A DNA stretch of 63,563 nt, filler included, from Octopus bimaculoides (lineage: Eukaryota): the NCBI RefSeq assembly GCF_001194135.2. It is 5 parts of 5 records of this genome, joined end to end, with 100 filler letters (N's around TTAATTAATTAA, not from the genome) between each part and the next. Parts side by side here need not be neighbours in the genome. Positions count along the whole stretch, not along the records: positions 28,004 to 52,758 come from NC_068999.1; positions 52,859 to 61,080 come from NC_068985.1; 3 more parts are not named here. One strand, written 5' to 3'. The translations under genes were made by a program, and so were the position numbers. Positions 49,022-60,314 of the stretch are shown here, piece after piece (position 1 is the stretch's first letter; every line of letters starts with the position of its first letter). The notes beneath the pieces were generated by a model. That model saw only the letters and a program-made list of their open reading frames with translations. It had not been told where the DNA came from and ran no database searches.

Positions 49022-49425
49022 TCAAATTTCGCCGAGACCGACTTTGCCGTTCATCCTTTCGTAAGTGTGCGGATCGATGAAATAAGTACCAGTCATATAC
49101 TGCGCCCAATGTAATCGACAAGCCACCGCGCCCAAAATTTCAGACTTTCTAACTAGAGTAAAAAGGATTATTATTATTATTATTATTAAGGCGCTGAACT
49201 GGCCGAATCGTCAGTATCGCCGGACAATACGCTTCGTGACATTTCATCCGTTTTACGTTCTGAGTTCAAATTCCGCTGTGGTTGATTTTGTCTTTCATCC
49301 TTTCGGAGGTCGATAAAAGAAGTGCCACTATGGCACTAGCGTCGATGAAATTAACATTACCCCTCCCGTAAAATTGCTGGCCTTGTGCCAAAACTTTAAG
49401 GCATTTTTATTATTATTACTATTAT
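49022..49425 (+). mobile_element. Tandem SINE family B pair (partial 49022-49187, full 49188-49425) linked by (ATT)n
   Basis: First copy ends ..aaaaggattattattattattattatt. Second starts aaggcgctgaactggccgaatcgtcag, has B-box gagttcaaattcc and ends with an ATT tail. Confidence 0.85.
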
Positions 49426-49774
49426 CATCTTTTATTTTTCTTTTTTTTTTACGTTCTTTGTGTGTATTTGCGAGTGTTGTTGCTTTTAAATGTTTTAGTG
49501 ATCAGTTTCTAAATCAATAGGTATTTGAAGTTGATCATTTCATTGATCTCTCACTTGTAAACTGGTTAACGGCCTTTACGAAGAAATAAAAACTTCATCG
49601 ATTGTTTGTTGAACTTTCATTTATTTATTTATTTATTCATTTATTTTTCTGCCGAACTGTTGAAAGATATAAATAAATGTTGAAAGGTGACGGAAGATGA
49701 GGGGAGAGGCAGACAGAGGGCGGGATATAGGAAGTGAGTGACCGAGGGAGATACAGACAGGGAAAGAGACAGAC

Positions 49775-49805
<31 letters not shown>

Positions 49806-49883
49806 AAGTGATAGAGATAGGCAGATGTAATAGAGAGAGATAATGGACAGAGATATAGACAGAGGTAAGACAGGGGCGATATA

Positions 49884-49941
<58 letters not shown>

Positions 49942-50440
49942 GGGGGAGTAAGAGCGAGATAGATAGAGAAAGGAAGTGAGAGTGGAGATTAGAAAGAGGA
50001 AGTTATAGAAAGAGAAATATAGAGTGACCAAGAACAAGGGAAAGAAAGAACGTAGAAGATCGAAATAATGAAAAAAAAAAATGAAAGAAAGCAACATTCC
50101 GAATCCGTGGTTGTTGTGGTGGCGTCAGTGGGGATTAGAAAAGACAGTGAAAGTTTATACAGGTTGGTGTAAAAAGAGAGGAGACCGTTTCCACAGAGAC
50201 CTCGATTAAAATTCAAAGCCAACCATTCTCGGTGTGATTTCGGTGACTGAGACGGAGTTAACCTCTCACATGCAATGTCTTCTTTGAAATTTTCCGTTAG
50301 AACCAACGAACAAAAGATTCGTTTCCAGCTTATGAGCCGTATCTGCAGTCAAAGAAATGCAAATAAAATACCTTTATGGAATTTGAATTAATAGAATAAA
50401 AGTAATACAAATAAACTGAAAGTCTTCGATGACTTGAAGG

Positions 50441-50480
<40 letters not shown>

Positions 50481-51827
50481 AATAATAAAGAAAATATGAA
50501 AGGAGCCATTGTAATGAAGAACTGTTTCACTGATGAATATAAAAATGGTTTGTGGAGAGTAAGGAAGCATGGTTCTTCCGCAAGGTGTTTCACAGTGGAG
50601 AGCATCAACGATTTTGCCGGAAATATTGACCGGCAAATATAATCGTTCTGAACAGTAGCAATTATGTGCCATCATCAAGCTCACTCACACACAGGTGCAA
50701 ACACTCACGCACAGACATACTCTTACACACATACACGCAACTTTACGTCCTAACAAATATAGTAATGTCAATATTTTTCTGTGTTTGCATGATTGCTAAA
50801 AATTGCGATGCATGCAAAGATTGGGACCGTATTAACACAAATTATATAATGTAGAGAATATGATATAGAGAATTTTGTTAACCTGTATGTGTATAAATAT
50901 ATATACGTCATGGTATGTGTAAATATGCAACTGCATCACTGTCTCTAACGAGCCCAAAGGATGTGTTAGCTCGTATCATGCTTTCGCTAATTGTATTACG
51001 TGCCTGTATAGTCACGAATAGACATGGAAACGCTGTCGATAGTCTTACGTTTGCTTCAGCATGACAGTGAGAAATAATAGCTAGAAGGAAAGGATTTCGC
51101 CAGCTCTTGGTTGATACACACTTATAGTTGAGTAGACAGGAAGAACGTGTAATGATGTGTCCGGAGCAAGGTCACAGCAAGCTGACCACTCCAGGAGTCG
51201 TGCCCACACGTCCTTAACAGTACACACTCTATTCACCAACCACAAGGCCACACGTCTTCTCAAAACACTCACATACTGATAGATTAACCGAAACCAAATT
51301 GGGTAAATGAAATTATTTGCAATTTCTTAGAGTACGTATCTCGGAATTGGTGTCTGTGTATGAATATAGTTATGCATGTAAAATAAGTATAGACGCCATT
51401 CTAAACCTCTACGCCCCAACCCCTGCGCTCACAGATCGAGAAGTAGGAAGAGAAAGAAAGTTTCGGTAATAGCTCAGTAGATCGATTAATGTTATTGAAC
51501 TGCGGTTCTGACCCTTCTATAATTATTCAATAAAGTCCGATGCTTACACGCAAAACAAATATTTTCCACAGTTCCTCCACTTAACCCCACAACATCATAG
51601 CTTCCAGCGCCAACCACAGACTTCGACACAAAACACAATGACAATAATTTACATAAATAAACCAAAATAACATTCAAACCATTTCTATATATCGAATTAA
51701 TCACAAAATTTTATTTTTATATACACTTTTTATGCCTCTATTCTTTTTCTTCTTATTGTTATTATTAGTGCTATTGGTTTTATCATTAATACATTCTTTT
51801 TTAAAATATGCATTTATATTTATTTTC

Positions 51828-51976
51828 AAGCGTGGTTGTGTGGTAAGAAGCTTGCTTCTTAGCCACGTAGCTCCAGGTTCAATTCCACTGTGTAGCACCT
51901 TGGGCAAGTGTCTGCTACTATAGCCTCAGGCCAACCAAAGTGAACTTGGTAGACGGAAACTGAAAGAAGCCCGTCT

Positions 51977-52015
<39 letters not shown>

Positions 52016-52120
52016 GGGTAGAATTGTCTGTTTTTGGCAGCCCTACCGTTTGACAACCGGCGTTCGTGTGTTTACGTACATATAACATAGCAGTTGGGAA
52101 AATAGATCTGATAGAATATG
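51828..52120 (+). mobile_element. SINE family A, tail type 1 (partial)
   Basis: gcgtggttgtgtggtaagaagcttgcttc..gcaccttgggcaagtgtctgctactatagcctcaggccaaccaaag..ggtagacggaaactgaaagaagcccgtc. Confidence 0.85.
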
Positions 52121-52248
52121 GCGGAGAACTTAAAGTACTTTTGTCAATATATTTCGATTAACATGAATTAATATGAGCCCAGTCAGCTTCGTATGTGACT
52201 TGTAAGCAACTATTTCCTAAATGTTATGAATTTTATAGTAAAATTTAA

Positions 52249-52420
52249 GCGCAGACAATGACTTTGCGGTTAAGCAACTTCCTTTAAACTATCTGGAATC
52301 AGGTTCAGTCTGACAGTGTGGCACCTAGGGATTGTTTTTTTTTCTACTATAGCCCCAGGTCGACCAATGACCTCTGAGTGAATATCGTAGAAAAAACTGT
52401 GCAAGCGCTCGTTGTGTGTG
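52249..52420 (+). mobile_element. Degenerate SINE family A head/core
   Basis: gcgcagacaatgactttgcggttaagcaac..gtgtggcacctaggg..ttctactatagccccaggtcgaccaatg. Confidence 0.6.
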
Positions 52421-52439
52421 ATATGTCTATATACATATA

Positions 52440-52758
52440 TAAAATTTTTTTAGTAGTTACCGTAGTAAACAATCTTTTAGAAACGGGACTAGGAACAATG
52501 GAAATAAAAATAGGAATAAATACAAAAATATAAATAAAGATATGGACACTTTAAATAAGCCTACGATACGGGAAAATCCTAATATGGGAATATTTAAAAC
52601 AAAGGTTTCGCGATCCAGAATAAGAGAAGTAATCTGGTTCGCCCCCCCTCCTTTTTTCCCTCAGGGTAAGAAACTTACCAAAAATGTTTTTTAAGATCTT
52701 AGAAAATAATTTTCCAAGGGACCACAAATACTACAGTATTTGTAACAGGTCTACAATT
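52440..52758 (+). mobile_element. Penelope-like element, RT-to-GIY-YIG linker region, cut by contig end
   Basis: RIREVIWFAPP..KMFFKILENNFPRDHKYYSICNRSTI matches the IIWFNPP..KFL.L.DKHFP..H...IFNR.T motif of Penelope ORFs. Confidence 0.7.
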
Positions 52759-52858
52759 NNNNNNNNNNNNNNNNNNNNNNNNNNNNNNNNNNNNNNNNNN
52801 NNTTAATTAATTAANNNNNNNNNNNNNNNNNNNNNNNNNNNNNNNNNNNNNNNNNNNN
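52759..52858. other. Artificial assembly spacer (six-frame stop linker)
   Basis: 44 N + TTAATTAATTAA + 44 N. Confidence 0.95.
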
Positions 52859-52859
52859 A

Positions 52860-53198
52860 CCCATTTCCAACCCTCACCTTACTGGCAGCATCTCTGTACA
52901 TGGCTCGCACAGCTCTCACTAACTATTCTTCTATCCCAAGTTTCCTCATTGACCACCAGATAAGGGATTGGGGGACCCTGTCAAAGGCTTTCTCCATGTC
53001 AACGAAGGCCAGGTACAGAGGTTTATCCTTGGCTAGGTATTTCTCCTGCAGCTGTCTTACTAGAAATATGGCATCAGTAGTGCTTTTACCTGGCACGAAC
53101 CCAAACTGCATCTCATCTAAATTGATTCGCTCCCTAATTAGTTGGGCTATGACCCTCTCCGTAACTTTCATAACCTGATCTAACAGTTTGATGCCTAA
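52860..53198 (-). mobile_element. RTE-clade LINE reverse transcriptase fragment
   Basis: GIKLLDQVMKVTERVIAQLIRERINLDEMQFGFVPGKSTTDAIFLVRQLQEKYLAKDKPLYLAFVDMEKAFDRVPQSLIWWSMRKLGIEE*LVRAVRAMYRDAASKVRVGNG, with a single internal stop. Confidence 0.93.
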
Positions 53199-53939
53199 AC
53201 TATTATAATATATTCATATTATAACAGCAAGCCTCAGAATCTCTTTTGGGTGTAATAGAAATAGATGTATGGTAAACAATAGTTAAAATGGCACGGAAGC
53301 AATATTTTCTCTAAATTTTTGTTGTGTGTGAGCAGAAATTTGCTTGCATGTAAATCTTGTCTTTCTTTATCAAGTTTGTGCACATCAATGCAAGTAACTA
53401 TGTTCAATTTTTAAAAAAATTGCTTTCATATTGAAAACACGTTTTTTACCTTTGTGCAAGAGTTGTAAAACATGTACATATGCACTACACAGGCATACAG
53501 CTTAGCGGAAAGCATTACATGGAAGATATCATTTATGGAGAGAACAACTCTAACATCTGAGATGCTGCAACAGTTACTTGGTGTTTGTATCAAATTTACA
53601 AAATGATATCAACCTGATTGATAAACCTTCTTTTCTCTCCAACCTCAAGCACATTAATGTGTTGCAGTGTATTTCCTTTATTCTAGAATAGTCTCTGTTT
53701 CTCTGAAATTATGGACTGCAAAGAACAGGAACTTTGAAAACATTATTCAATAGACAAGTGATAATATGGTATCTTTCACCAGCAGAAAGACACAATCACT
53801 ACACACATCAAGGAAACAGTTTCCCAACACTGTACCTTTCCTCCCATACATAACAAAAACTTGTTGCAATATTATGGTTCATAATTTCTTGTGATCATTC
53901 ATGTAAGTAGAAGCCTGTTGTCGTGTAAGCCTGTTATAT

Positions 53940-54170
53940 ATATGATGAGCTTTTTCAGTTTCCATCAACTAAATTCACTCATAGAGATTTGATCAGTCCA
54001 GGGCTATAGAAGATACTTGCCCAAGGTGTCAGGGAAAATATTACCTCGCTTGAAAATAGGTGAGGGTTGGCAACAGGTGAAACATTTGGTCTTAGAAATG
54101 AATATGCTTCAATAAAGTTATCATTTGACGCATGCAGGTATAGAAGAGTGAATTTTAAATAATGATGATG
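53940..54170. mobile_element. SINE family A core on minus strand (53940-54030) joined to tail type 2 on plus strand (54030-54170)
   Basis: ctttttcagtttccatcaactaaattcactc..cttgcccaaggtgtc, then agggaaaatattacctcgcttgaaaataggtgagggttggcaacagg..aatgatgatgat. Confidence 0.6.
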
Positions 54171-54269
54171 ATATATATATATATATGTGTGTATGTATAT
54201 ATACTATTGCCTTTACATTTGGGTAACTTAGTAAAAGAATTTGTTTTAAAATTCTTCAGTGTTTTAAAA

Positions 54270-54658
54270 CAGTGGTTCTCAACGGGGGTTCACATGACCC
54301 TTGGGGATCCATGTGAGATTTTGTTGTTAAAATTTATGTACAATAATTTGGCTTTACTTTTACAATAAACAAAATATTTTAAAGTAGTTGTAAGTTGTCA
54401 ACTTAATGTGACAGTCCCGTGAAGGGAATAATACTACTGCTATTTAGCCCTAGGAAGCAGCACCTCTTCCTGTCGGCCTTGACACATTTCCTGTGCCTTT
54501 ATGTTTACAAGGGGGAGACAAGCACCTCCATCCAGCTAAGCCTGCATCCTGAGTCTTTTAGCAATTTTTAAATACAATTCCTTAAACATTGAATAGTTAT
54601 GAGGGTCCATTCAAATACAACAGGAACCAAAAGAGTAAAAAATGGTTGAGAATCACTG
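54270..54658. mobile_element. hAT (Charlie-like) MITE with nested insertion
   Basis: TIRs cagtggttctcaac and gttgagaatcactg (13/14). Flanks ttttaaaa and ttataaaa (7/8) fit an 8-bp TSD. Unrelated repeat inside at about 54405-54560. Confidence 0.8.
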
Positions 54659-54885
54659 TTATAAAATATTATATATATATAGATAGATAGATGTGTATGT
54701 GTTATATTTTTGTATAATGTATATTATTATGGTCATTGACATACTTTCAGTATGTAAGGTTCACTGCATTTCTCTATATAGGTATCACACTGATAAATGA
54801 AACCCCACATTAGATAAAGTCAGAGAACAAGCCTCATGTAAGTAGTGGTACTATAATGTTTTATTTGCTGGCTGTCATATTCTAG

Positions 54886-54993
54886 GTGTAAATGTTGACA
54901 ATTGGAAGAATTACTCACAACCTCAACACTTTATTATGTCTGATAATCTTATAGTTGTTGAAGAGGGAACTTTCTTGTTTCCATATTGTTACA
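54886..54993 (+). CDS. Candidate internal coding exon (108 nt, phase 1-1): GVNVDNWKNYSQPQHFIMSDNLIVVEEGTFLFPYCY
   Basis: T-rich acceptor ..gtcatattctag|G, open frame, donor A|gtaaat, T-rich flanks. No homology recognised, and an overlapping minus-strand frame is also open. Confidence 0.3.
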
Positions 54994-55476
54994 GTAAATG
55001 GTGACAGAAGTGAAATGTCTAAATTTAATTATCATTTGTTGTAATTAATTGTCTGATTATCACGTTATTATTCATCAAAATTTTCATCTCATTGATATAT
55101 ATAATTGCATCAGTTTTGCTTTAATTTGTCAATATTAATTTATTTTCAACAAATTACTATTGCATCAAATAAGTTCAACTTCATTTTTTTGTCGAAAAAT
55201 TTTGTCAACATTGTCATCATAATATTACACAAATCTAAACTAAAAACTAGGTGAAATTTTTTGAAATAGTATCAGACCTACAAGTATAAATACTTTGTCA
55301 TGCACAAGAGAAACAACAATATCACAAACAATAAATGGAAAATATATTTTCTGTTTCAGAAACCATTTATAGCCTACAATCTGGCTCAAATATACTGACT
55401 GCCAGTGCTCCTTTTTTTTCAGCAATACAATCATGATAATTGAGAGAAATTTATGTTGAATGTCATAATGTACATT

Positions 55477-55695
55477 TACAAAGGGTGGCAAAAGTTCCTG
55501 GCTTTGTATAAAGGAAAATACAGGAGGATCAGTTAATTATGATTTTACTCAACATGCTTCCCTCTCAGATCCACACACTTATTGCAACAGTCCTTCAGTT
55601 TTTCTGAGCCCTGTAAAAGAACTCAGAAAGTTAGCCCTCCAACCAGGCCTTTCATGATACCCTTAAAGCTAGGAACTTTTCAGCACCCCATCGTA
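55477..55695. mobile_element. Mariner-derived MITE (about 219 bp)
   Basis: Ends tacaaagggtggcaaaagttcctggcttt and aaagctaggaacttttcagcaccccatcgta are inverted repeats with TA termini. Confidence 0.8.
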
Positions 55696-55740
55696 AAAGA
55701 ATACAACATTATTGATGATGTTAAACAGAAATCATATTTA

Positions 55741-56160
55741 TAGGAGCAGCAGTGGCTGTATGGTTAAGTTTGCTTCTGAACTACATGGTTCCAGTTTCAA
55801 ACCCTCTGCATGGCACCTCGGGAAAGTGTCTTCTACTTTGGCCCCAGGCCAACTAAAGCCTTGTGAATGAATTTGGCAATCAGAAACTGAAAAAAGCCTA
55901 TCATATGTGTATATTTGTATGAGTGTATGTATGCATGTGTCTCTCTGTCTTGATATCATGTGAATGTTGTAAATAAAAGTAATTTATTATCAATATTCTG
56001 TGAAAACATGTCTAACCATGGGGAAATATTACCTTGCTTGGAAACAGGTGAGGGTTAGTAACAGGAAGAGTATCTGACCATAGAAAATGTGCTTCAACAA
56101 ATTCCATCTGACCCATGCAAGCATAGAAAAATAGACAGTTAAATGATGGTGATGATCATT
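55741..56160 (+). mobile_element. SINE family A, full length, tail type 2 (RTE-like, GAT tail)
   Basis: Head and core as family A, then ggggaaatattaccttgcttggaaacaggtgagggtt..gacccatgcaagcatagaaaaatagacagttaaatgatggtgatgat. Confidence 0.85.
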
Positions 56161-56609
56161 ATTATCATTGATTGGCTATAAAACTGATGATGTAATAAAC
56201 TGATGTTTTGGCTCTGAAGAATGAAATAAAGTTCTTATGAAATAACTACTTATAAATTGACTAATGAATTTCAAAAGACACCTAAATATTCTGATAGCAT
56301 CTAAAGAATGTCACCAATGTGTAATAAATATTGATCAGTCATACAATAATTAAGAAACTGAGATAAAATAGTTAGTACATGATTGCAAATTTGGAAATAA
56401 CGTATTGAATGTTGTCAATCAAATTGTCAGATTTATAACACAAGAGCAATATACTTTCTTTGGGATGAAAACAAATCACTCGGTTTTCTATCAAAAGCTG
56501 GAAAGATCTATCATTATGTTAAAGAAGTCAAACAATTGCTTAATGGAGTAATGATGTTGACCATCAATATTAATGATATTTTGTAATTTCTTCCAGTTAT
56601 ATTACAAAT

Positions 56610-56820
56610 ATCATCATCATTATTTAATGTCAGCTTTCCATGCTGGCATGGGCTGAACAGTTTGATAAGAGGTGGCAAGGTCAGTCGAAGAACTGCGCCA
56701 GGTTACATAGACTGTGTTGGCATGGTTTCTACAGCTGGATGCCCTTCCTTATGCCAACCACTTTACAGAGTGTACTGAGTGTTTTTTACATGGCACCATC
56801 ACCAGTGCTTTTTACATGCT
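56610..56820 (-). mobile_element. RTE-type 3' tail repeat
   Basis: Reverse complement ..gcatccagctgtagaaaccatgcc..cccatgccagcatggaaagctgacattaaataatgatgatgatg, related to 59750-59960. Confidence 0.65.
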
Positions 56821-56824
56821 TTTA

Positions 56825-57262
56825 ACTGGAAATCCCCTAGTAAAAATAGTGCCAAATTTTTGGCTCACATCTCTCCCATGCACACATGCAAAGTTAGTTC
56901 AGCTATTCAATGAGATTATGAGAGATCCTAAGAAAACACCTGATTGGCCAGCAAATGATATTACTTGCCTACTTCCAAAGAATAATGAAACCAAATTCTC
57001 CAAAACTATCAGCCCGTAACTTGTCTATTTACCACATATAAAATTTTAACATCCATCCTCATGGAGAAAACATATGCCTTTATGGAACAGAACAATATTA
57101 TCTCCACTGAACAAAAAGGGTGCTAATGGGGCTCATATGGATGCAAAGGTCAACTCCTTTGGGATTCTTTGGGACTCTCCAGTACATACAGACAGGACCA
57201 TCAAAGCTAATAAACCAGATATTGTTGTAAAAGACCAAAACAATAAAATCTGTCTATTGATT
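56825..57262 (+). mobile_element. R4/Dong-clade LINE with large internal deletion (RT start fused to restriction-like endonuclease)
   Basis: WKSP..PNFWLTSL..TCLFTTYKILTSILMEKTY..EQKGC*WGSYGCKGQL joined at about 57160 to ILWDSPVHTDRTIKANKPDIVVKDQNNKICLLI. Confidence 0.85.
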
Positions 57263-57314
57263 GCTAAGCATTTTGCCTGACATGCTAACAATTCTGCCAG
57301 CTCATCATCTTAAT

Positions 57315-57381
<67 letters not shown>

Positions 57382-57984
57382 GCAGCAGCAGCAGCAGCAG
57401 CCATGTTAGATACAGCATGGATTCTAAGGAAGATGTTAGAAAGTTGAAGAAGGAATGACTCACTCTTTTGGTATAGTGTTGGTATAACATCTGCCAGAGC
57501 AAAAGCATCAATCAAAAAATAATAATGAGGATAATTATCCTTTCTACTCTAAGCACAAGGCCTGAAATTTTGGAGGAGGAAGCCAGTCGATTAGATCGAC
57601 ACCAGTACATAACTGGTGCTTAATTTATTGACCCCAAAAGGATGAAAGGCAAAGTCAACCTCGACGGAATTTGAACTCAGAACATAACAGCAGACGAAAT
57701 ACCGCTAAGCATTTCGCCCAGCGTGCTAACAATTTTGCCAGCTCGCCACCTTCATGCAATAATAATGAGGATAATGGTTTCAACTTTTGGCACAAAGCCA
57801 GTTGTTTTGAGCGGGGTGGGGTAAAATCAATTACTTCGACCCCAGTGTCCAACTGATTCTTATTTTATGGATCCTGAAACGATGCAAGGCAAAGTCAACC
57901 TCAGCAGGATTTGAACTCAGAGCATTAAGACAAACAAAATGCCACTGAGCATTTTGCCCAGCATAATAATAATTCCATCAGCCT
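57261..57984 (-). mobile_element. Three same-orientation SINE family B copies (57261-57311 head stub, 57527-57752, 57765-57984) with AAT/AAC/AGC tracts
   Basis: Each contains gctaagcattttgccc..gctaacaatt.tgccagctc. The two full copies also have ggcaaagtcaacctc..ggatttgaactcag. Confidence 0.85.
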
Positions 57985-58589
57985 AATAATAATTATAATA
58001 ACAATTATATTATTATATTATTCTGCATAATCATGATTATAATGATGGTGGTGGTGGTGGTGGTGGTGGTGGTGGTGCTGCTGCTGCTGCTGCTGCTATT
58101 TATGATGATGATGATAATGGTGAAGATGATGATGTTGATGGTTGTGGTGGTNNNNNNNNNNGCTGCTGCTATTTATGATGATGATGATAATGGTGAAGAT
58201 GATGATGTTGATGGTTGTGGTGGTGCTGCCACTCATGATGATGATGATGATGATGGTGATGATGGTGATGATGATGGTGATGATAATGATAATTTCAAGG
58301 AAAATTCCAGTTAAATATTAAAGTTGGAAATTAATGACCATAAAATTTGGAAGCTATTGTTATTGATTTTAAAATGGATCCATATTTATTGAGAAAGAAT
58401 TGGCTATAAACATTTAATATGTTGTCAAGAAGAGGTGGAGAGATAAATGGGTTGGGTTATGGGTTCTTGAATGGTATAAGTATGAGGTTGGCCACAACTG
58501 AGGAACAGAGGCGATTATAGTAGAGACAGAAGAGGAGGGGGAAGAGAGAGAGAGAAGAAAAAGCATGTCCATGGACAAGTGGCTGGAAC

Positions 58590-58830
58590 ATGTCTGTTAA
58601 TGATTGTATGTCAATTGGTCAAGTGGCCCTTCTCTGGATACAGTCCAAGATGTTTGTGTGCATAGCAGTAATTCTGTCCCTAGTATCAGAGCAGTACTTT
58701 ATTATGGGCCTCACATAACTTTTGTGGAGTGTCAGCAATTCTTGGTGGGACTGAAATATTTTCTGGACCTGAAGCAGACAGCTCAATCTTTGGGATGCAG
58801 ATTAGCTATCTTAGAGATTATAACTTAAAA
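58590..58830 (-). mobile_element. CR1/Jockey-like LINE RT C-terminal remnant
   Basis: VCFRSRKYFSP..VRPIIKYCS..HTNILDCIQRRAT matches the FR.RKYF.P..L..LY...IRP.LEYCS..LLD.VQ.RA.RLI pattern. Confidence 0.6.
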
Positions 58831-58849
58831 ATATGAGATTTATTTTGTA

Positions 58850-59280
58850 TCTTTCACTAGTTTCAGTGGTTTGACTCTGGCCATACTGGGGCATTGCCTA
58901 GAAGCAGTTTATTAATTGAATGAATCGCTCCTCCACAATACTCTTTTTTTTTTTAAAACCTGGTCTTTATTCTATTGAATTCACTTGTCAGACTGCTAGG
59001 TTACTGGGGCATAAACATACCAACACCAGTTGTCAACCAGTTTTCAAGGGGTGGTGGGGGACAAACAAAGACACACACACACACACACACACATACACAT
59101 GCACACACATATATATACATGTACGATGGGCTTCTTTCAGTTTTCATCAACCAAATCCATTCACAAGGATTTGGTCGGCCTGAGGCTATAGTATAAGGCA
59201 CTTCCTCAAGGTGCCAAGCAGTGGGAGTGAACCTGGAACCACACGGTTGGGAAGTAAACTTCTTACCACACAACCCTCAT
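58850..59280 (-). mobile_element. SINE family A, full length, tail type 1
   Basis: Reverse complement: ggttgtgtggtaagaagtttacttcccaaccgtgtggttccaggttcactcccactgcttggcaccttgagg..ccgaccaaatccttgtgaatggatttgg..(TG)n..tttgtccccc..gttgacaactggtgttgg. Confidence 0.88.
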
Positions 59281-59749
59281 GTAGCAAATGATTATCCAGA
59301 GAAGACATTAATACTATTAGAAATTACTGATTTCAAAATGTGAATGAAGTATTAGCATCTGTCTCAAAAATCAGACATTATCAAACATTCAGTAAGCAAA
59401 TAATAAACTTTATTATATCATAATATAATTTAACGAAAAGGACTTGCTATTTAAACAATGCACCTTCTGTCTCTTGCACACTTCCTCTCATCCCTCCTAC
59501 CTTTCCACTCAGCCATCTTGAATTCTCTACACCCACCCTTCTAATACTTTTTCTATGCCCTTCTTGTACCTTGAAGGGATACTGTGATACCTCATCTTTA
59601 CCGTCCTCTTTCCCTTTCTTGTTGGTGTACCCAATGTATCTCTTCTACAGCAAGATACCCGTTTTTCTCCTTCTTTCCTACATTAGTATCTCTTCCACAA
59701 AGCTTCCTCTCTCAATACTGCACCCTCAGCTCTGTGAAGGAGTCTTGCA

Positions 59750-59970
59750 TGTTACTTGGTGACCTCACTAGTGTTGGTGCAACAACAAAAAAATGCACCC
59801 AGTATGTTGTATAAAGAGGTTAGTGTTAGGAAAGGCATCAAGCTATATAAATCTTGCCAAAGCAGACAATGGAGACCAACATAACTGAGTGGATCCTGTT
59901 GAACCATCCAACCCATGCCAGCATGGAATACAGATGTTAAATGACAATGACGATGATGATGACGACGACA

Positions 59971-60017
<47 letters not shown>

Positions 60018-60110
60018 AACGACGATGCCGATGCCAACGATGATGATGATGACAGCAATAACAACAACAACAATGACTATGACAACAAAGACAATGATGA
60101 CGATGATAAC
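59750..60110 (+). mobile_element. RTE-type 3' tail followed by (GAT/GAC/AAC)n
   Basis: ggaaaggcatcaagctatataaatcttgcc..ccatccaacccatgccagcatggaatacagatgttaaatgacaatgacgatgatgat. Confidence 0.7.
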
Positions 60111-60314
60111 TGTGAACAAAACTTTGATGAGTTGAAATGGCAACTGATTAAGGTCCCACAATTCCCACATTACAATGTAAATTTGACACTAATTTCGGCT
60201 GTAGGTACCTTTCCAGTCAGTTTGGAATAATGCAGTTACAAAATGAAAATTTCATTGAACATCCATTGGTTCACTTGTCTGAAATACTGAATACACATCA
60301 ATGGGGATTTGGTC

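Noticed and set aside
50442-50477. Long poly-T tract as a possible retrocopy poly-A tail
   Set aside because: No AATAAA upstream on the minus strand, no TSD and no recognisable ORF.
57313-57400. (AAC)n to (AGC)n tract as a polyQ/N/S coding repeat
   Set aside because: It lies between SINE-B copies with no flanking ORF or splice support.
2777-57984. Recurring ~200-bp repeats separated by unique sequence (CRISPR-like at a glance)
   Set aside because: Eukaryotic SINEs with irregular spacing and both orientations; no cas genes and no constant-length spacers.
58090-58223. Exact ~62-bp direct repeat around a 10-N gap (similar case at 13843-14018)
   Set aside because: Typical contig-overlap duplication at a minimal gap; likely an assembly artefact.
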